Positions 9,227 to 18,387 of a stretch of 64,000 nt of DNA are shown here, piece by piece. The stretch covers positions 96,001 to 160,000 of the forward strand of contig CAVYTA010000006.1 in NCBI GenBank assembly GCA_963771355.1, in the 5' to 3' direction. This DNA is from an uncultured Candidatus Rokubacteria bacterium. GTDB taxonomy: Bacteria; Methylomirabilota; Methylomirabilia; Rokubacteriales; CSP1-6. Below the pieces are notes generated by a model. That model was not told the DNA's origin. It searched no databases and saw nothing but the letters and a program-made list of their open reading frames with translations. Position 1 is the first letter of the stretch; each line of letters begins with the position of its first letter. The translations under genes were made by a program, and so were the position numbers.

Positions 9227-9385
9227 ATGGACAAATGCCAGGCGTGCGACAAGAGCTTGATCGAGGGAATGCATCGATTCTGCGGCGACGAGTGCCGTCG
9301 CCTCTTCGGAGAGGGACTCAGAAAGGGCACCGCCAGCCATCCTGGCCGCACGGTGGCTCGGCGGCGGCGCCGGCGGGGCGGCTGA
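9227..9385 (+). CDS. Small putative Zn-binding protein (52 aa)
   Basis: GAGAGG before ATG; MDKCQAC..HRFCGDEC (CxxC..FCxxxC); Arg-rich tail. Confidence 0.45.
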   Translation: MDKCQACDKSLIEGMHRFCGDECRRLFGEGLRKGTASHPGRTVARRRRRRGG

Positions 9386-9389
9386 ATCC

Positions 9390-9860
9390 TTGACCCTCGC
9401 GAACGCGATCGATGAGCTGGCGGACGCCGGCTTCGTCGAGCACTTTGGCGTGCGCGATGGTGCGCTGCGATCATTCGACAGCGGAAGGCGATTCAGCGCT
9501 CTTGAGCTGGTGATCCGGGAATACCATCGCTTCGAGGGGGTCTCGGATCCGGACGACATGTCGATCGTCTATGCGATCGAAGGTCAAGGTGGTGTTCGCG
9601 GAACGCTGGTCGATGCCTACGGGGCCTACTCCGACGCAGCGGTGAGCGCCTTCCTCCAGGGCGTGCCGATTCGGGGAACTTCCCGGTTCGGCGGAGGGGC
9701 GGGGGGGCGACCGTGGGTATTCGACCGGCCGGGCAAGATCCGTGGGCGGAATCCAGTGCGCCAGCCGTCACCGCTCGGGAGCTACCACCATGGCTTCCCG
9801 GTGCCGGTCACGAAGGATCCGTGGCACGACGAAGGGGGCGAGAGCGGCTCGACCCCTTAG
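9390..9860 (+). CDS. Conserved hypothetical protein of the RFEGxSDPDD family
   Basis: EYHRFEGVSDPDDMSIVYAIE..G.RGTLVDAYG motif. Confidence 0.7.
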   Translation: MTLANAIDELADAGFVEHFGVRDGALRSFDSGRRFSALELVIREYHRFEGVSDPDDMSIVYAIEGQGGVRGTLVDAYGAYSDAAVSAFLQGVPIRGTSRFGGGAGGRPWVFDRPGKIRGRNPVRQPSPLGSYHHGFPVPVTKDPWHDEGGESGSTP

Positions 9861-10114
9861 ACGCGCGCGGTCCGTCCCAGGGTCGCCAGATAGGCGGTCA
9901 GCAGGACGAGCGAGCCGATGATCGCCATGACGAACCCGACCGGATCGCCGTCCCCGTACCAGCCGATCAGGCGACCCAGGAAGCCGCCCGTGAGCGCCCC
10001 CACGATTCCGAGCAGGGACGTGATGAACAAGCCGCCTGGATCGCGCCTCAGCCTCAAGAACTTGGCGGCGACGCCGGCGACCAGACCCAGGACGATCCAT
10101 CCCAAAATATACAT
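9857..10114 (-). CDS. GlsB/YeaQ/YmgE family stress-response membrane protein
   Basis: ILGWIVLGLVAGVAAK..DPGG..LLGIVGALTGGFLG..AIIGSLVLL; GGGGAG RBS. Confidence 0.88.
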   Translation of the reverse strand: MYILGWIVLGLVAGVAAKFLRLRRDPGGLFITSLLGIVGALTGGFLGRLIGWYGDGDPVGFVMAIIGSLVLLTAYLATLGRTARV

Positions 10115-10199
10115 CCGGTACTCCCCCCTCACTGTCTGCCACTCAACGAGAGAGCGCGGTGCTCTTGGTCATCACGCTAGCAGGGGGTGGGAGGGCCGC

Positions 10200-10258
10200 C
10201 TAGTGGACGTTGGTCCAATAGCGATCGCGCGCCGCGCCATTGGACCATGGTCGTAGGG
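10200..10258. promoter_or_regulatory. Palindromic operator, copies 3 and 4
   Basis: CTAGTGGAC-GTTG-GTCCAATAG (10200-10221) and CCATTGGAC-CATG-GTCGTAGGG (10237-10258) between the divergent GlsB-like and kinase genes. Confidence 0.7.
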
Positions 10259-10303
10259 GTTGGCATTGCCGCAGGGTCCGGACCGGGCTATAGTCGCCAG
10301 TAG

Positions 10304-12712
10304 ATGTTGCGTTTGATGTCGGTCCCCGAGCGCGCACGCCCGGGCCGCAGAGTGCTTCTTCTGGCTCTCCTCGCGCTCCTCTGCTGTGCTTCCTCGAGTC
10401 CCGCGCGCGACGCGAAACGGGCGAGAATCGTGGTGCTCCTGTTTCCGGAGGCGCGACTGCTGCCGGAGATCCTTGCCGTGGAGGGCGCGATTCGCCCGAC
10501 CCTCGACCCGGAAGGAGCGGTCAACTTCTACACCGAGTATCTGGACCTCTCCCGGCTGTCGGATGCGCAGGATGAGCAACAGATGATCGCCTTTCTGCGC
10601 GAGAAGTATGCGAGTCGGCAGGTCGACCTGATCATGCCGGTCGCGTTTCCGACCCTGCGCTTCTTTCTGAAACACCGCGCGGCGCTCTTTCCCGGGGTGC
10701 CGGCCGTCTTCTGCGCGGCGAACCTGGATGCGGTCGCGGGGCTCGAGCTCGGGTCCGCCATCACGGGGGTCCGACTCCCTTCGGAGTGGGGGTCGACGCT
10801 GGAGGCCGCGCTCGCGCTCCAGCCGGCGACGCGGCGGGCGGTGGTGATCACGGGAACCTCGGAGATCGACCAGAACTTGCAAGCAGCGGCCGCTCACGAT
10901 CTCGCCCGATACGGCACTCGGATCGAGGTCGCGTATCTGGCGGGCCTGCCGATCGCGCGTCTGCTCGAGGAAGTGGCCGTCTTGCCGAAGGACAGCATCG
11001 TGTTGTTCGTGTCGCTGCTTCGGGACCAGGCGGGACGTCTGTTCACCGACCCGGAAGCGGTCTCCCTGATCGCCCGCGCCTCGAGTGTGCCGGTGTACAG
11101 CTGGTCGGAGACCCATCTCGGCCATGGGATCGTGGGCGGGCGCCTGGCCAGCTTCGAGACCCAGGGGACCCGGGCGGCCGAGCTCGCGGTGCGGGTGCTC
11201 CGCGGAGAGCGACCGGAGACGCTTCCCGTCGTCGACGGCGGCAAGACGGCGTACATGTTCGACGATCGGGAGCTGCGGCGGTGGGGTCTCAGCGCCAGCC
11301 GGCTACCGGCCGGCAGCATCGTGCGATACGAGGAGGTCTCGCTGTGGTCTCTGTACCGATGGAACATCGTCGGCGCGGGAGCCCTGGTCGCCGCGTTGGC
11401 GCTCCTCAGCGCGGGGCTGCTGGTCGAGCGCACGGGCCGGAGGCGCGCGGAGCTCTCGCTCGGCGAGCGCCTTCGCTTCGAGACGCTGCTGGCGGAGCAG
11501 GCCGCCACGTTCAGCCGGGTCTCCGGGACCGACGTCGATCGAGAGATCGAGCGGGCGCTTCGACGGATCGCGGACTTTCTTGCCGTGGACTGGAGCGGTT
11601 TGACGGAGTACTCCGAGGACAGCCAGACGGCGCGGGTCACGCACTGGTGGATGGCCGAGGGGATGGATCCGCCCCCGGTGGCACTTGGATTCGACGAGAT
11701 TCCGTGGAGCGTGACCCAGCTGCGACAGGGAGAGACGGTGAGGTTCACGCAGATCGAGGAGCTGCCCGAGAGTGAAGCGGCGGTGGACCGGCAGACCTAT
11801 CGTCGGTTAGGGGTCAAGTCGCAGGTCGCGATCCCGTTGACCGTAGAGGGGACGGTGGTCGGGGCCCTCGCGTTCAGCGCGGTGGCGACCGAGCGTACCT
11901 GGCGGGACGAGTTCGTCCAGCGCCTCCAGCTTCTCGGCGAGGTCTTCGCCAATACCTTGTCGCGTCGACGAGCGGAGATGGAAGGCGAACGACTCCGGCA
12001 GGATCTCGCTCACGTCGGGCGCGTCGCCACGGTAGGGGAGCTGACCACCTCGCTCGCGCACGAGCTCACCCAGCCCCTGACGGCGATCCTGGCCAATGCC
12101 CAGGCCGCTCGGCGCATCCTCGAGTCTGATGGGCCCGATCTCGCGGAGCTCCGCGCGATCGTGGGGGATATCGTCGATGACGACAAGCGCGCGAGTGAGG
12201 TGATCAACCGGCTACGGGGCTTCCTCAAAAAGGGCACCCTCGAGCGTTCGAGCGTGGACATGGGTGATCTGGTCGGGCAGATGGCAAGGCTGGTGGCCGG
12301 CGATGCCGTCCTCCGAAACGTGGTCACCCGGCTGGAGCTGGCCCCTGACCTCCCTCTCGTGCATGGGGACCGAGTACAGCTTCAGCAGGTCGTTCTGAAC
12401 CTGATCCTCAACGGATTGGACGCGATGCGGGATGGGAAGCCGATGAACCGCACGCTCGTGCTTCGAACGGCTCGCGGGGATGGGGGCTCCGTCGAGGTGA
12501 CGGTCCAGGATTCTGGGGCCGGCATCGAGAAGGCCGATCTCGACAACATCTTCGAGGCCTTCTACACGACCAAGGCCGATGGGCTGGGGATGGGACTGGC
12601 GATCGTCCGCTCCATTGTTGAGGCACACGGAGGCCGGGTGGGAGCCCGGAACAACCCCGAGGGGGGGGCCTCGTTCTCGTTCACGCTGCCTGCCGTCACC
12701 GAAGCGCCCTGA
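10304..12712 (+). CDS. Sensor histidine kinase (periplasmic ABC-binding-like domain, TM, GAF, HisKA, HATPase), NodV/FixL-like
   Basis: SLAHELTQPL H-box, QQVVLNLILNG N-box, DSGAG, FEAFYTTK..GLGMGL. Confidence 0.92.
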   Translation: MLRLMSVPERARPGRRVLLLALLALLCCASSSPARDAKRARIVVLLFPEARLLPEILAVEGAIRPTLDPEGAVNFYTEYLDLSRLSDAQDEQQMIAFLREKYASRQVDLIMPVAFPTLRFFLKHRAALFPGVPAVFCAANLDAVAGLELGSAITGVRLPSEWGSTLEAALALQPATRRAVVITGTSEIDQNLQAAAAHDLARYGTRIEVAYLAGLPIARLLEEVAVLPKDSIVLFVSLLRDQAGRLFTDPEAVSLIARASSVPVYSWSETHLGHGIVGGRLASFETQGTRAAELAVRVLRGERPETLPVVDGGKTAYMFDDRELRRWGLSASRLPAGSIVRYEEVSLWSLYRWNIVGAGALVAALALLSAGLLVERTGRRRAELSLGERLRFETLLAEQAATFSRVSGTDVDREIERALRRIADFLAVDWSGLTEYSEDSQTARVTHWWMAEGMDPPPVALGFDEIPWSVTQLRQGETVRFTQIEELPESEAAVDRQTYRRLGVKSQVAIPLTVEGTVVGALAFSAVATERTWRDEFVQRLQLLGEVFANTLSRRRAEMEGERLRQDLAHVGRVATVGELTTSLAHELTQPLTAILANAQAARRILESDGPDLAELRAIVGDIVDDDKRASEVINRLRGFLKKGTLERSSVDMGDLVGQMARLVAGDAVLRNVVTRLELAPDLPLVHGDRVQLQQVVLNLILNGLDAMRDGKPMNRTLVLRTARGDGGSVEVTVQDSGAGIEKADLDNIFEAFYTTKADGLGMGLAIVRSIVEAHGGRVGARNNPEGGASFSFTLPAVTEAP

Positions 12713-12728
12713 TCGACTCGCGGCCTGG

Positions 12729-12750
12729 CTATGGGACGAAAGGCCAATAG
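12729..12750. promoter_or_regulatory. Palindromic operator, copy 5
   Basis: CTATGGGAC-GAAA-GGCCAATAG; centre 31.5 bp from TAGAGT (12771-12776). Confidence 0.65.
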
Positions 12751-12795
12751 CCCTGGACCCGCGCGCCCACTAGAGTAGAGGGGAGGAGGATACCG

Positions 12796-13539
12796 ATGCT
12801 CGATCACATGTGGCTTGCCCCGCTCGTTGCCCTGGCGCTCACCCAGATCGCCGCCATCGCGACCTCCGTCTACCTGCACCGGGGACTCGCGCACCGAGCG
12901 TTACGGTTGCATCCGGTCACGGACGGGTGTTTTCGCGCCCTGCTCTGGCTCACGACGGGTCAGAGCCGCCGGGAGTGGGTCGCCGTGCATCGGAAGCATC
13001 ACACCTTCACCGACCGGGCGGGCGACCCCCACAGTCCTCAGGTATTTGGCTTCTGGAATATCCAGTTCTGGAACGTTTTCTATTACATGCGGGAAGCGCG
13101 GAACCCCGAGACGCTTCGAACGTTTGCCCCGGATATCACCGAGGACTGGCTGGATCGGACGGTGTTTTCCTGGGGGCTGGGCGGCCTCGCGCTCGGCATC
13201 GCGCTGCTCTGCCTGGTGTTTGGAGTCTGGGTCGGGCTCGCCGCCGGACTGGTGCACGCGATCCTGTATGTCTTCGTGCTGGCTCCGCTCATCAACGGCC
13301 TGGGTCACTGGCGGGGGGCGAAGAACTTCGACAACACCGCCTTCAATTCCAGGACCCTCGCCTGGTTGACGGGCGGCGAGAGTCTCCACAACAATCATCA
13401 CGCCCACCCGCGCGCGCCGAAGTTCAGCATGCGACGGTTCGAGTTCGATCCCTCGTGGGTCGTGATCCGCTGTCTCGCCGCGGTTGGGCTGGTGGAGATC
13501 GTCGGCGCGCCGGTGAAGCTTACCGGCGCTTCGACCTGA
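12796..13539 (+). CDS. Membrane fatty acid (delta-9-like) desaturase
   Basis: Three His boxes HRGLAH, HRKHH, HNNHH; GGAGGA RBS. Confidence 0.92.
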   Translation: MLDHMWLAPLVALALTQIAAIATSVYLHRGLAHRALRLHPVTDGCFRALLWLTTGQSRREWVAVHRKHHTFTDRAGDPHSPQVFGFWNIQFWNVFYYMREARNPETLRTFAPDITEDWLDRTVFSWGLGGLALGIALLCLVFGVWVGLAAGLVHAILYVFVLAPLINGLGHWRGAKNFDNTAFNSRTLAWLTGGESLHNNHHAHPRAPKFSMRRFEFDPSWVVIRCLAAVGLVEIVGAPVKLTGAST

Positions 13540-13681
13540 GCCCGAGGAGTACGCTCCCCCCGCTCGGCCGGGCCACGTGGCGTTCCACTACGACGATGTG
13601 ACGATTCGATGAAGTAGTGGCGACGGCCCGAACCCCCATGGTACGGTCCGCCCTGCCCCTGAACGCGGGGGGCGCAGCGGA

Positions 13682-14545
13682 ATGCCGACCAAGAATTCCA
13701 GCCTTGCCCACGTCCTCGCGACGCTCCGTGCCCAGCTGGAGATCGTCCGCGCCAGCGAGGCCGGCACCCGGGCGGGCCGGGACCCCGAGGACCTGCACAA
13801 GATGCGGGTCGCGGTCCGCCGTCTCCGGGCCATTCTCCGGGCGAGCCGGCCGCTGTTCGACGCGAAGTGGGTGAAGGGGCTTCGGAGCGAGCTGGACTGG
13901 CTCGGGACCGCGCTGGGAGTGGCGCGGGACCTCGACGTGCTTCGGGGATACCTGGGCTCGGAGCTCGCCTCCCTCGAGCGGGCCGAGCAGAAGGCGGGCC
14001 AGAGGCTGCTCCGTCGGCTCGATGCCGACCGCGCCCGGGCCAGGGGGGCCCTGCGTGAGGTCCTCGCTGGCCCGCGATACGCCAAGCTCCTGGCCCGCCT
14101 GAAGGCGTCTTTCGCCGCCCCCCCCGTCAGCTCAATGGAGGTCTCGCTTCCCGGCAGTGCCGCCGCCGAGTTCAAGAAGCTTCGCCGGGCGGTCAAGGGG
14201 CTCCCCGGCCACCCGAGTGCCGACGACCTCCACGAGGTCCGGATCAAGGTGAAGCGGGCGCGGTACGCCGCCGAGCTGGTGGAGGCCGCGGGTAGTCGGG
14301 GCACACGGTTCCTGGATCAGGCGAAGACGGTTCAAGACATTCTTGGAGAACACCAGGACGCCGTGGTACTCGAAGAGTATCTACACGAAGTCATCGGCAG
14401 CCGAGAGGCCAAGCATGCGCTCGAGCAGCAGCTTCTCAAACGGCAGCGCAAGCGTCGAAAGAAGACGCGCGCCGCGTTTTTCGAGGAGTGGCCGAGGCTC
14501 GAGCGCCGTGGCCGGAAGGCATGGAGCGCTGCTCCCGTGCCATAG
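13682..14545 (+). CDS. CHAD domain (polyphosphate-binding) protein
   Basis: LHKMRVAVRRLR, LG.ARDLDV, LHEVRIKVKRARY, QDILGEHQD. Confidence 0.93.
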   Translation: MPTKNSSLAHVLATLRAQLEIVRASEAGTRAGRDPEDLHKMRVAVRRLRAILRASRPLFDAKWVKGLRSELDWLGTALGVARDLDVLRGYLGSELASLERAEQKAGQRLLRRLDADRARARGALREVLAGPRYAKLLARLKASFAAPPVSSMEVSLPGSAAAEFKKLRRAVKGLPGHPSADDLHEVRIKVKRARYAAELVEAAGSRGTRFLDQAKTVQDILGEHQDAVVLEEYLHEVIGSREAKHALEQQLLKRQRKRRKKTRAAFFEEWPRLERRGRKAWSAAPVP

Positions 14546-14551
14546 CGCCTC

Positions 14552-15049
14552 GTGAACCTCCTGCTGATTCGCCACGCCCCCGCCGTTCCCAACGGAAACG
14601 GCGGCACCCGTGATCACGACCGTCCTCTCACGCGAAAAGGCCGGACCCGCTTCCGGCAAGCGGCCCGAGGGCTGGCCCGGATCGCGGGGCGACCTGACGT
14701 CCTGCTGACGAGCCCTCTCGCCCGTGCCCGCGCAACTGCTGACATCGCCGCGGCCGCCTTCAAGCGGGTGACCCCGAAGATCGAGCCCGCGCTCGGGCAG
14801 GACGACGTCGACGTGCTGGTGACCGCGCTGAAGAAGTACGGTCCTGACGCGACGGTTGCGCTGGTCGGGCACGAGCCCACGCTCTCAGGCCTCCTGGCTC
14901 ACCTGCTCGGCATGCACCAGGGGGACGACCGCTTCGCCTTCAAGAAAGGCGGCGCGGCCCTGGTCCACCTGCCGGACGGACCCTCGATCCCCGGTCAGCT
15001 CAGGTGGTTTGTAAAGCCGCGAATTTTAAGGTCTCTAGGCTCCCACTAG
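14552..15049 (+). CDS. sixA: SixA-type phosphohistidine phosphatase
   Basis: LIRHA, RPLT.KG, SPL.RA..TA, LVGHEP, FKKGG. Confidence 0.88.
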   Translation: MNLLLIRHAPAVPNGNGGTRDHDRPLTRKGRTRFRQAARGLARIAGRPDVLLTSPLARARATADIAAAAFKRVTPKIEPALGQDDVDVLVTALKKYGPDATVALVGHEPTLSGLLAHLLGMHQGDDRFAFKKGGAALVHLPDGPSIPGQLRWFVKPRILRSLGSH

Positions 15050-15115
15050 CTCAGCCCGCCTGGCCGTCGGGACCCATGCTACTCTGAGGTCCTTTCCTTG
15101 TGAGGTAGTCAGCCT

Positions 15116-16090
15116 GTGGCACTAACAAACGGAGCCGGCTTGCGCGGTAGCCCCACCTCGGACCTGGTCGCCATCGTCGATCTGGGCTCAACCGCCGTCC
15201 GATTTCTTCTCGCGCAGATCCGCCCGAGCTCGGGGTTCCGCATCCTCGCCCAGGAGCGGGTGCCGACCCGGCTCGGAGGTGGCGCGCCCGGGACACTGCC
15301 CAGACGGGCCATCGCCAAGACCCTGCGAGCCGTGCATCGCTTCTTCGCCCGCTACTCGCCCCATGGGCAAGGGCCGCGCGTCGTCGCCATCGCGACCTCG
15401 GCGGTCCGGGATGCACGCAATCCCGAGCGACTCCTCGATCCCCTGCGGCGGAACGAGGGCATCGAGGTGCAGGTGCTCAGCGGGCGGGAGGAGGCACGCC
15501 TGGGGGTCATGGCGGCCCTCGAAAGCCTACCCTTCACCAATGGCGTCGTGGCGGACCTGGGGGGAGCGAGCCTGCAGCTCAGTCGGGTGCGCCACCGCCG
15601 CGTGGTCTCGAGCGCCAGCCTGCCGCTGGGGTCGGTCCGGACCACCCGTAACTTCCTGAAACACGATCCACCCACCCCGCGAGAGGTGCGCGAGCTCCGC
15701 ACCGAGATCCGGGAGCGGCTCCGGACCGCCATGCCGCCCGCCAATCACGGCGAGATCCTGGTCGGCATGGGGGGAACGGTTCGCACCCTTGCCAGCATGC
15801 ACCTGCGCGCCAACCCGGGGGAGCGCAAGCACCGGCACGGGCTCGTGCTGCAGCAGTCGGATGTCACCGCCATTCGCGAGCGGCTGGAGGCCCTGTCCTT
15901 TCGGGGGCGGCGCAAGATCCGGGGACTGAAGGCCGAGCGCGCCGACATCATTCTGGCCGGCGCCATGGTCATCGAGGATGTGATGGTCAGCGGAGGGTAT
16001 CTCCGTCTCGTGGTCTGCACCCGGGGAGTGCGGGACGGGTTGCTTCTCCACGAGGCCACCAGGAAAAGGAACTCACATGGGCTCCGATAA
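15116..16090 (+). CDS. ppx: Ppx/GppA family exopolyphosphatase, short form without C-terminal HD domain
   Basis: DLGS, ATSAVRDARN, LSG.EEA, DLGGAS, GMGGT, RADII.AG, GVRDG. Confidence 0.85.
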   Translation: MALTNGAGLRGSPTSDLVAIVDLGSTAVRFLLAQIRPSSGFRILAQERVPTRLGGGAPGTLPRRAIAKTLRAVHRFFARYSPHGQGPRVVAIATSAVRDARNPERLLDPLRRNEGIEVQVLSGREEARLGVMAALESLPFTNGVVADLGGASLQLSRVRHRRVVSSASLPLGSVRTTRNFLKHDPPTPREVRELRTEIRERLRTAMPPANHGEILVGMGGTVRTLASMHLRANPGERKHRHGLVLQQSDVTAIRERLEALSFRGRRKIRGLKAERADIILAGAMVIEDVMVSGGYLRLVVCTRGVRDGLLLHEATRKRNSHGLR

Positions 16091-18155
16091 ATTCGTGAAC
16101 CGGGAACTGTCGTGGCTGGAATTCAACCGGCGTGTCCTCGAAGAGGCGCAGGACCCGAGCGTGCCGCTCCTGGAGCGACTCAAGTTCCTCTCGATCTTCA
16201 GCTCGAACCTGGACGAGTTTTTCATGGTCCGCGTGGCCGCGCTGAAGCGGCGCATCCATGCCGGGGAGCAGACCTCGACCCCCGACGGGCTCACCCCGCT
16301 GCAGACGATGGTGGGGGTGTCGGCCCGGGTGCACGAGCTCGTCGACGCCCAGCACCGCTCATTCCTCCAGGATATCCAGCCGCTCCTCGCCCGCGAGGGA
16401 ATCCTGCTCCTGCGTCCAAAGGAGATCACCGAGGAGCAGCGGCGATTCCTTGAGGACTATTTCCGCCGCATGCTCCTCCCGGTGGTGACCCCGCTCGCGG
16501 TGGACCCGGGGCATCCCTTCCCGTATCTCGGCAACCGCTCGCTGTGCCTGGTGGCGTCGATGCGCCCGTCGGCGCCGTCCGGCTTCCCGCACAGCCAGCT
16601 CTCGATCATCCACATCCCGAGCCAGGCGCTGCCGCGATTCATCGCGCTCCCCGACCCGGACGGCAAGCGCGCGTTCATGCTCCTCGAGGACGTGATTCGT
16701 CTGCACCTGCCGACCATCTACAACGGCTACGACATCGTCTCGAGCCACGCGATTCGAGTCACCCGAGACGCCGATCTCCCCGACCTGCCGACCCGGCCCT
16801 CGGACCTCCTGAGCGGCATCGAGCGGAGCCTGCGCGAGCGTCGGCTGGGAGACGCGGTGCGCCTGCAGCACGACGGCGATCTCCCGCCGGAGATCCTGGC
16901 CCTGCTGCTCGATGAGCTGGAGCTGCAGGCCGACGACGTCTACGAGGGCGCGGGCTTCGCCGCTTTCTCGGATCTCCTGCAGCTCTACTCCGCGCTCGAG
17001 ATCCCGCGTCTCAAGGACCCGCCGCGACCGCCGCACCCGGTGGCCGCGCTGGAGAGCACCTCCGATATCTGGGGCGCCATCCGGGAGCGCGACATCCTCG
17101 TGCACCATCCGTATCAGAGCTTCGACAGCGTCACCCGGTTCGTGCAGGAGGCCTCCAGCGATCCGAAGGTGCTGGCCATCAAGATGACGCTCTACCGGGT
17201 CAGTCCCGCGTCGCCGATCGCGCACGCCTTGCAGACCGCGGTGGAGAACGGCAAGGAGGTGGCGGTGCTCGTCGAGCTGCAGGCCCGATTCGACGAGGAG
17301 GCGAACATCCGCTGGGCCCGCGCGCTCGAGGAAGTGGGCGCCCACGTGGTGTACGGCTTCCCCGGATTCAAGACGCACTGCAAGGCGTGTCTGGTCGTCC
17401 GGCAGGAGTCGGACGGCATCCGGCGGTACTGCCACCTCGCCACCGGGAACTACAATGTCCGGACCGCGGGGGTCTATAGCGACGTGGGGCTCTTCACCGG
17501 CCGGCGCCAGTTCGGCGAGGACCTGACCCAGCTCTTCAACCTCCTCACCGGCTACACGCGCCCGACCGGGTTCCACCACCTCATCCTCGCGCCCACCACG
17601 ATGCGTGACGCGTTCGTGGAACGGATCCGCCGCGAGGCGGAGCATGCCCGGGCGGGCCGCCCGGCGCGCATCATCGCCAAGATGAACGCCCTGGTCGACC
17701 GGAGCCTGATCGAGGAGCTGTACGCGGCGAGCGCGGCCGGGGTGCAGATCGATCTTCTCGTCCGCGGCATCTGCTGCCTGCGCCCGGAGGTCCCGAATCT
17801 CTCGGAGAACATCCGCGTCGTCTCGATCGTGGACCGGTATCTCGAGCACTCGCGCATCTACTGCTTCGAGAACGCCGGGCAGCCTGAGTACCTGCTGGCC
17901 TCGGCGGACTGGATGCCCCGCAACCTCGACCGGCGGGTGGAGGTAGCCTTCCCAGTCCTGGACCCAGCCCTGCACCGGCAGATCCGCGAGATCCTCGAGA
18001 CCCAGCTCGCCGACACGGCGAAGGCGCGCCGCATTCTCCCCGACGGTACCTCGGAGCGCGTCCGGTCGAACGGCCGCCCCGCCCTGCGCTCCCAGGAGCG
18101 TCTCTACGAGCTGATCGGGAACGGAGGCACCGGCGCGGAGGCCCCCGAGCGCTGA
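16077..18155 (+). CDS. ppk1: Polyphosphate kinase 1
   Basis: NRELSWLEFNRRVL, SNLDEFFMVRVA, HHPYQSF, ARFDEEANI, KTHCK, SADWMPRNLDRRVE. Confidence 0.97.
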   Translation: MGSDKFVNRELSWLEFNRRVLEEAQDPSVPLLERLKFLSIFSSNLDEFFMVRVAALKRRIHAGEQTSTPDGLTPLQTMVGVSARVHELVDAQHRSFLQDIQPLLAREGILLLRPKEITEEQRRFLEDYFRRMLLPVVTPLAVDPGHPFPYLGNRSLCLVASMRPSAPSGFPHSQLSIIHIPSQALPRFIALPDPDGKRAFMLLEDVIRLHLPTIYNGYDIVSSHAIRVTRDADLPDLPTRPSDLLSGIERSLRERRLGDAVRLQHDGDLPPEILALLLDELELQADDVYEGAGFAAFSDLLQLYSALEIPRLKDPPRPPHPVAALESTSDIWGAIRERDILVHHPYQSFDSVTRFVQEASSDPKVLAIKMTLYRVSPASPIAHALQTAVENGKEVAVLVELQARFDEEANIRWARALEEVGAHVVYGFPGFKTHCKACLVVRQESDGIRRYCHLATGNYNVRTAGVYSDVGLFTGRRQFGEDLTQLFNLLTGYTRPTGFHHLILAPTTMRDAFVERIRREAEHARAGRPARIIAKMNALVDRSLIEELYAASAAGVQIDLLVRGICCLRPEVPNLSENIRVVSIVDRYLEHSRIYCFENAGQPEYLLASADWMPRNLDRRVEVAFPVLDPALHRQIREILETQLADTAKARRILPDGTSERVRSNGRPALRSQERLYELIGNGGTGAEAPER

Positions 18156-18181
18156 CCGAGGCTTGAGGGTCCCCGCCGCTC

Positions 18182-18347
18182 CCCGTCCATCAGATCATGC
18201 TGGCGGTCAACGGCATCCACCCTGCTGGAGAACATGCGGCTGGAGGAGCTGGCGGCCAAGCGCGTCCACGAGTTCGCCTTCGTGATGCAGCCGCTCAAGC
18301 GGCAGGGATTCTCGGGCGCGTCGGTCGCGCCGATCGCGATTCGCTAA
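18182..18347 (+). pseudogene. C-terminal fragment of a cyclase (kynurenine formamidase-like) family gene, frameshifted
   Basis: PVHQIMLAVNGIH / LLENMRLEELAAKRVHEFAFVMQPLK.QG.SGA.VAPIAIR* across a +1 shift; no N-terminal part. Confidence 0.7.
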
Positions 18348-18387
18348 CGCGGGAGGGGGCGGGGGCGGCGGCGCCCGCGGTGACTCG

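Noticed and set aside
9383..9385. TGA ending the small Cys-rich ORF as Sec readthrough
   Set aside because: Not at a Cys-motif position, and the next ORF is in a different frame
9390..9860. Ribose-phosphate pyrophosphokinase label that I recall being attached to this family
   Set aside because: Far too short and lacks PRPP-synthetase motifs
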